Below the pieces are notes generated by a model, which saw only the letters and a program-made list of their open reading frames with translations, ran no database searches and was not told the origin of the DNA. A DNA stretch of 64,000 bases from a virus. A program made the position numbers and the translations under genes. The number at the start of each line of letters is the position of its first letter. The first letter of the stretch is position 1. The stretch is taken from IMG/VR virus record IMGVR_UViG_3300038463_000177; one strand, given 5' to 3'. This document shows, in pieces, positions 60,261 through 64,000 of this stretch.

Positions 60261-62245
60261 TGAAGAAGGTACTGCTTGGCGCGGCAGCGCTGCTATGGGC
60301 CGTCCCGGCGCTGGCGCAGGTCCAGCAATCCGGCACTGTCACCGCTCGGCACCCCGCCTACTGGGTGACCTCGGGCGCGATCGGGGATCCCGGCGGGGCT
60401 ACCGACAGCGCGCTGTCCAGCCTCGGCGTCACCAACGAGGGCGGGCCCGGGCTCTGCGTCTCCAGCCAGCGGGCATCGGCCGCCGGCCGCCAGCAGTTGT
60501 GCCTGAGCACGGGGACCTCGACCGGCGCCACCATCTCACTGACCAATCTCGGCACCGCGCCCTCGGCGCCGCTCAGTTTTGTCATCGACGGGACGACCTA
60601 TCCGTTCCCCGGCTCGCTGGCCAACATCACCATCGGGACCACGCCAGTTATCAGTGGCACAACCGGACTGTGCCTGTACGTGACGGGCGGCGTCGTGGGA
60701 CAGCAGAACTGCACGCTGTCGGCCATCACCTCTTTGACTGGCGATGTCACGGCAACCGGGCCCGGACCGTCCATCGCGACGCTTGCCGCTTCCGGTGTTG
60801 CCGCCGGCACTTACGGATCAACAACTTTAGTCCCTATCATCACCGTGGATGCCAAGGGGCGAATCACCGCTGTCACCACTACTGCTCCCGGCATCACGGT
60901 CGGCAGCACGGTCGTCAGTTCCGGCATTACCAACGGGTTGCTGTACGCCAACGGCAGCGTGCTAGGTAACCTGGCTACCGGCAATAGCGGGGTGCTGGTT
61001 ACCAGTGCCGGCGGCGCACCTTCCATTGCGACGACACTTCCTTCCGGGTTGTCGATCCCGTCCCCCACTTTTACGGGAACTGAGACCTTCCCCGATGCCG
61101 CAACGTGGACTTCCAGCGGCATCAGTAAAGCGGCAGCTCTTAGTGTCGGCAGCGCTACGCTTCCCGCGGGCGGTAATGTCAGCATTAGCGGCGCGTACCA
61201 GATCAACGGCACTCAGATTTCCGCGACGAGTGCTTTGAGCGATGGAAAGACTGGCACAGGAGCCCTTGCCGGATCGATAGGGCCTACGATTAGCGGCAAT
61301 TGGGCAGGAAATGCCACATTTTCAGGAAACATCGTTCACAGCGGACAGTTAAGCGCGACGGGCACCTCGGCGCCTGCTTCGGCGGGCGGCCAAGTCTACG
61401 TTATGGGCACGATCGCGGTACCCACGTTATCCAATACCGGACAGGGCGCTATCTACGACACGGTGGTTGGCGGGTTGATGCTACAAGGAGACGGATCGAC
61501 CTCGGACTTCACGCTGGCCAACAAGGCGGGCACTACGGTCTTTACGGTGCCGACCGGGACGGCCAAGCTGAATTTCCCCGGGCTTGTGTCCGGCACTTGT
61601 TCCAGCGGCCTCGCGCTTGATTCCGGAGGAAACCTGGTCGAGGACTCATGCCCTGGTGCGGCGGCGGCCATCCAAGTCGGTACTACCACAGTCAACAGCG
61701 GCACCAACAACTTCGTGCTGACTGCGGGCGCTGGTACTTTGGCCAACGTCACGGAAGCCAGTCTCCTGACTGCTGGCACCGGCATCACGATCACCGGGAC
61801 GACGACCGCGACGATCGCGGTAACCGCGCCCGTTTCAGTTTCGGCCACGATCGCGGTACCGAGTCAAACGACCAGCACGACCTTCGTTCAGATGGGGCTC
61901 GGAACCTCTTGTAAATTTACGCCTACCCAGACCGGTACCGTTCTAATATTCATAAATGGCACGCTAACGAACAATACGATCAGCGACGTCACCAGGGCGG
62001 AGTTGACCTACGGTACCGGAACGGCACCTTCGAACGGCGCCGCTCAGACCGGGACGGCCATCGCGGTAACGAACAACTTTTCTGCGCTGGCGGCAAACGC
62101 TCAGACCCCGTCTACCTTGGCTTATGTAATTTCGGGTCTAAGCCTAAGCACGGCGTATTGGTTCGACGCTGCGGTAGATGTTAACGCCGGGACCGGAGGT
62201 TACAGCGGCACCAACGTAGGATGCTCTGCGTTCGAACTTCCGTAG
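60257..62245 (+). CDS. tail fibre protein (cluster 2) with signal-peptide-like N-terminus
   Basis: MMKKVLLGAAALLWAVPALAQ; LTGDVTATGPG..ATLAASGVAAGTYGSTTLVPIITVDAKGRIT is a typical alphaproteobacterial phage fibre repeat. Confidence 0.75.
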   Translation: MMKKVLLGAAALLWAVPALAQVQQSGTVTARHPAYWVTSGAIGDPGGATDSALSSLGVTNEGGPGLCVSSQRASAAGRQQLCLSTGTSTGATISLTNLGTAPSAPLSFVIDGTTYPFPGSLANITIGTTPVISGTTGLCLYVTGGVVGQQNCTLSAITSLTGDVTATGPGPSIATLAASGVAAGTYGSTTLVPIITVDAKGRITAVTTTAPGITVGSTVVSSGITNGLLYANGSVLGNLATGNSGVLVTSAGGAPSIATTLPSGLSIPSPTFTGTETFPDAATWTSSGISKAAALSVGSATLPAGGNVSISGAYQINGTQISATSALSDGKTGTGALAGSIGPTISGNWAGNATFSGNIVHSGQLSATGTSAPASAGGQVYVMGTIAVPTLSNTGQGAIYDTVVGGLMLQGDGSTSDFTLANKAGTTVFTVPTGTAKLNFPGLVSGTCSSGLALDSGGNLVEDSCPGAAAAIQVGTTTVNSGTNNFVLTAGAGTLANVTEASLLTAGTGITITGTTTATIAVTAPVSVSATIAVPSQTTSTTFVQMGLGTSCKFTPTQTGTVLIFINGTLTNNTISDVTRAELTYGTGTAPSNGAAQTGTAIAVTNNFSALAANAQTPSTLAYVISGLSLSTAYWFDAAVDVNAGTGGYSGTNVGCSAFELP

Positions 62246-62254
62246 GGAGAAGAA

Positions 62255-63298
62255 ATGACTAATGTTTTGCAAACCGTAACTGTGTGGTCCTCGTTAGGCG
62301 GTCCATCACTTCCTGCATCAACTGGACAGATACTTGATCAAGTCTCAGCGCAGGCCGTGATCTCCGCCAACATCGCATCCGCTCCGAGCGAGGGCCTTAT
62401 AGTCAACGCTGACAATTCAATTACCGATCCCGTTAGCGGCATCACGATATTGCAGTGGTTCGTTACCGCCGATCCGTTCTACGACGTTCCGCTGCATCCT
62501 TTATGCGGCGGGTCCCCTCCAGTTCCTGCCACTATCGCACCGCAGACATGGGGCGCCGGCACGCTCAAGATTTTCTCGGTTGGTCAATCGCATGCCACCA
62601 ATGCGGGTCGCTTTCGTGCTACGGCGCGCGGGATTGGATCGTGGGAGGGCTGCTATGCTGCCGGCCACTACTACGCCATGAGCGACCCGGTGCCGTTTGC
62701 GGACGGGACGGACGGCAGTATCTGGCCACACTTCGCAGATGCGGCGATCGGCGCGCTCCTGCCGAACGGCAGTAATTGTAACCGGGTTGTCGTCGGCGGC
62801 TATCCTCGTGGCGGCGCATCGGTCGTTGATTTCATGACCGGAGGTGTCTACAGCGCGGCCATGGTTGCGGAGGCGGCCTCGTATCTAAGCATCGTCGGGC
62901 AGCCTACATTTACCCACGTCTGTCAGGGTCCAGCGGACGTCGGCATGCCGGCTACAACTTGGGTCAATAATTGGCTTGCGGTAATCGGCATCTTGCGCGG
63001 CATTGGCATGACGTCGCCTATCATGGTCGATACAGACACGATCTGCAATTTCCGTGACTCGACCACTCCGGCACCAAATACGGCGTCGAATCGAACGGCT
63101 GCGGACCTGATCGCGATCGAGGTCAATCGCCAGATTATGAGATCAGCCCAGGCAACGCTCGGCAGCTACAATGCCAACTTCCGACCCGGCGCCAATATCG
63201 ACCTAATAGATTGGCGTCTGCGGGCCTACTGTGATGGCTGTCACTTCGGAGAGCTGGGCATGGTGGCCCATGCACAGGCGCTGGTTGCTGCGATATAG
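62255..63298 (+). CDS. SASA/SGNH-type carbohydrate esterase-like protein
   Basis: KIFSVGQSHATN (GQS block) and CDGCHF (DxxH block); low-GC 5' region. Confidence 0.6.
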   Translation: MTNVLQTVTVWSSLGGPSLPASTGQILDQVSAQAVISANIASAPSEGLIVNADNSITDPVSGITILQWFVTADPFYDVPLHPLCGGSPPVPATIAPQTWGAGTLKIFSVGQSHATNAGRFRATARGIGSWEGCYAAGHYYAMSDPVPFADGTDGSIWPHFADAAIGALLPNGSNCNRVVVGGYPRGGASVVDFMTGGVYSAAMVAEAASYLSIVGQPTFTHVCQGPADVGMPATTWVNNWLAVIGILRGIGMTSPIMVDTDTICNFRDSTTPAPNTASNRTAADLIAIEVNRQIMRSAQATLGSYNANFRPGANIDLIDWRLRAYCDGCHFGELGMVAHAQALVAAI

Positions 63299-63310
63299 AA
63301 AGAAACCAAA

Positions 63311-63946
63311 ATGGCCTTTATCAACACCCTCTACAATCTCTGGCCCGACGGCGACCACCGCATCCCCGGCCTGCGCGACGGCATCGCCAAGGCGGCGAGC
63401 ACCGTGTTTCCAAAATACGGGATCACGTCCAGTCTTCTGGTCGCCCATGTGATGGCGCAGGGCTCGCTCGAATGCGGGGCTGGTGAGGAGGTCGAGGAAA
63501 ACCTCAGCTACTCGGCACAGCGCATGACGCAGGTCTGGCCGTCCCGCTTTCCGACGATCAACAGCGCCATCCCTTTTGCCCACAACCCGCGCCTACTAGC
63601 CAACAAGGTCTACAACGGGCGAATGGGCAACGCCGTCAACTCCAACGACGGCTGGAACTACCGCGGGCGCGGCTTCACGCAGACCACCGGACTGGAAGGC
63701 TATGTCAAGCTGCAGGCCTTCCTCGCCAAGGGTGGGGTCAATCTCGACCTGCTCCATCATCCCGAACTGGTCAACGATCCCGAGCACTTCCTCGAGTGCG
63801 GCGTCGCCGACTTCGTCCTGTGCGGCTGTCTGCCGTTCGCCCAGGCCGACAACGTCGTCGAGGTAACCCTTCACCTCAATGGCGGTTACACTGATCTCGC
63901 CGATCGGATCACTTGGCTTCGGAAGTGGAAAGCCGCCTTGCACTGA
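63311..63946 (+). CDS. GH19 (chitinase-class) endolysin
   Basis: QGSLECG..EENLSYSA catalytic Glu region and NYRGRGFTQTTG signature. Confidence 0.88.
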   Translation: MAFINTLYNLWPDGDHRIPGLRDGIAKAASTVFPKYGITSSLLVAHVMAQGSLECGAGEEVEENLSYSAQRMTQVWPSRFPTINSAIPFAHNPRLLANKVYNGRMGNAVNSNDGWNYRGRGFTQTTGLEGYVKLQAFLAKGGVNLDLLHHPELVNDPEHFLECGVADFVLCGCLPFAQADNVVEVTLHLNGGYTDLADRITWLRKWKAALH

Positions 63947-63956
63947 GTTTGTAATC

Positions 63957-64000
63957 ATGGCAGGTTCCGCCACAATCAGGAGTATCGCCCATGAATCTCC
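63957..64000 (+). CDS. 5' end of next gene (start ambiguous, truncated by window)
   Basis: ATG 63957 is open to the window end; alternatively ATG 63991, 8 nt after AGGAG, in another frame. Confidence 0.25.
   Translation, partial: MAGSATIRSIAHES

Overview
High-GC (by eye over 60%) 64-kb segment that reads almost entirely as a podovirus-like, probably temperate phage or prophage of an alphaproteobacterium-like host. I saw no host housekeeping genes. Layout: (1) 1-1934 (+): tail of a late/lysis operon ending in a signal-peptide M15 peptidase. (2) 1828-11660 (-): replication/recombination operon with XRE regulators, an SSB-like protein, SNF2 helicase, VRR-NUC, a Cas4-like nuclease, an HD hydrolase and family A DNA polymerase. 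(3) 11935-14235 (+): prim-pol/VirE-type primase-helicase transcribed divergently. (4) 14302-18272 (-): leftward early operon with a Dam-type methyltransferase and about 12 small unknown ORFs, two of them very acidic. (5) 18273-19172: AT-rich control region with a dense GGTGAC iteron array, palindromes and -10-like boxes. (6) 19173-33027 (+): many tiny ORFs, a C5 methyltransferase with frame anomalies, tRNA-Thr(UGU), a DIP1984-like gene, a glycosyltransferase/epimerase cassette interrupted by a small serine recombinase, and ThyX. (7) 33033-64000 (+): structural genes. These are fibre cluster 1 with an SGNH esterase, TerL, portal, an antisense two-gene moron, scaffold, major capsid, tail proteins, internal virion proteins including an HExxH protein, fibre cluster 2 with a second esterase, and a GH19 endolysin. 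The best candidate for an undescribed system is the cytoplasmic glycosylation cassette at 25301-31508. Secondary candidates are the iteron control region, the twice frame-shifted-looking C5 methyltransferase, the antisense moron in the head module, and the VEHDPF-motif/metalloprotease internal virion proteins. All functions are inferred from motifs read by eye; no database search was run.
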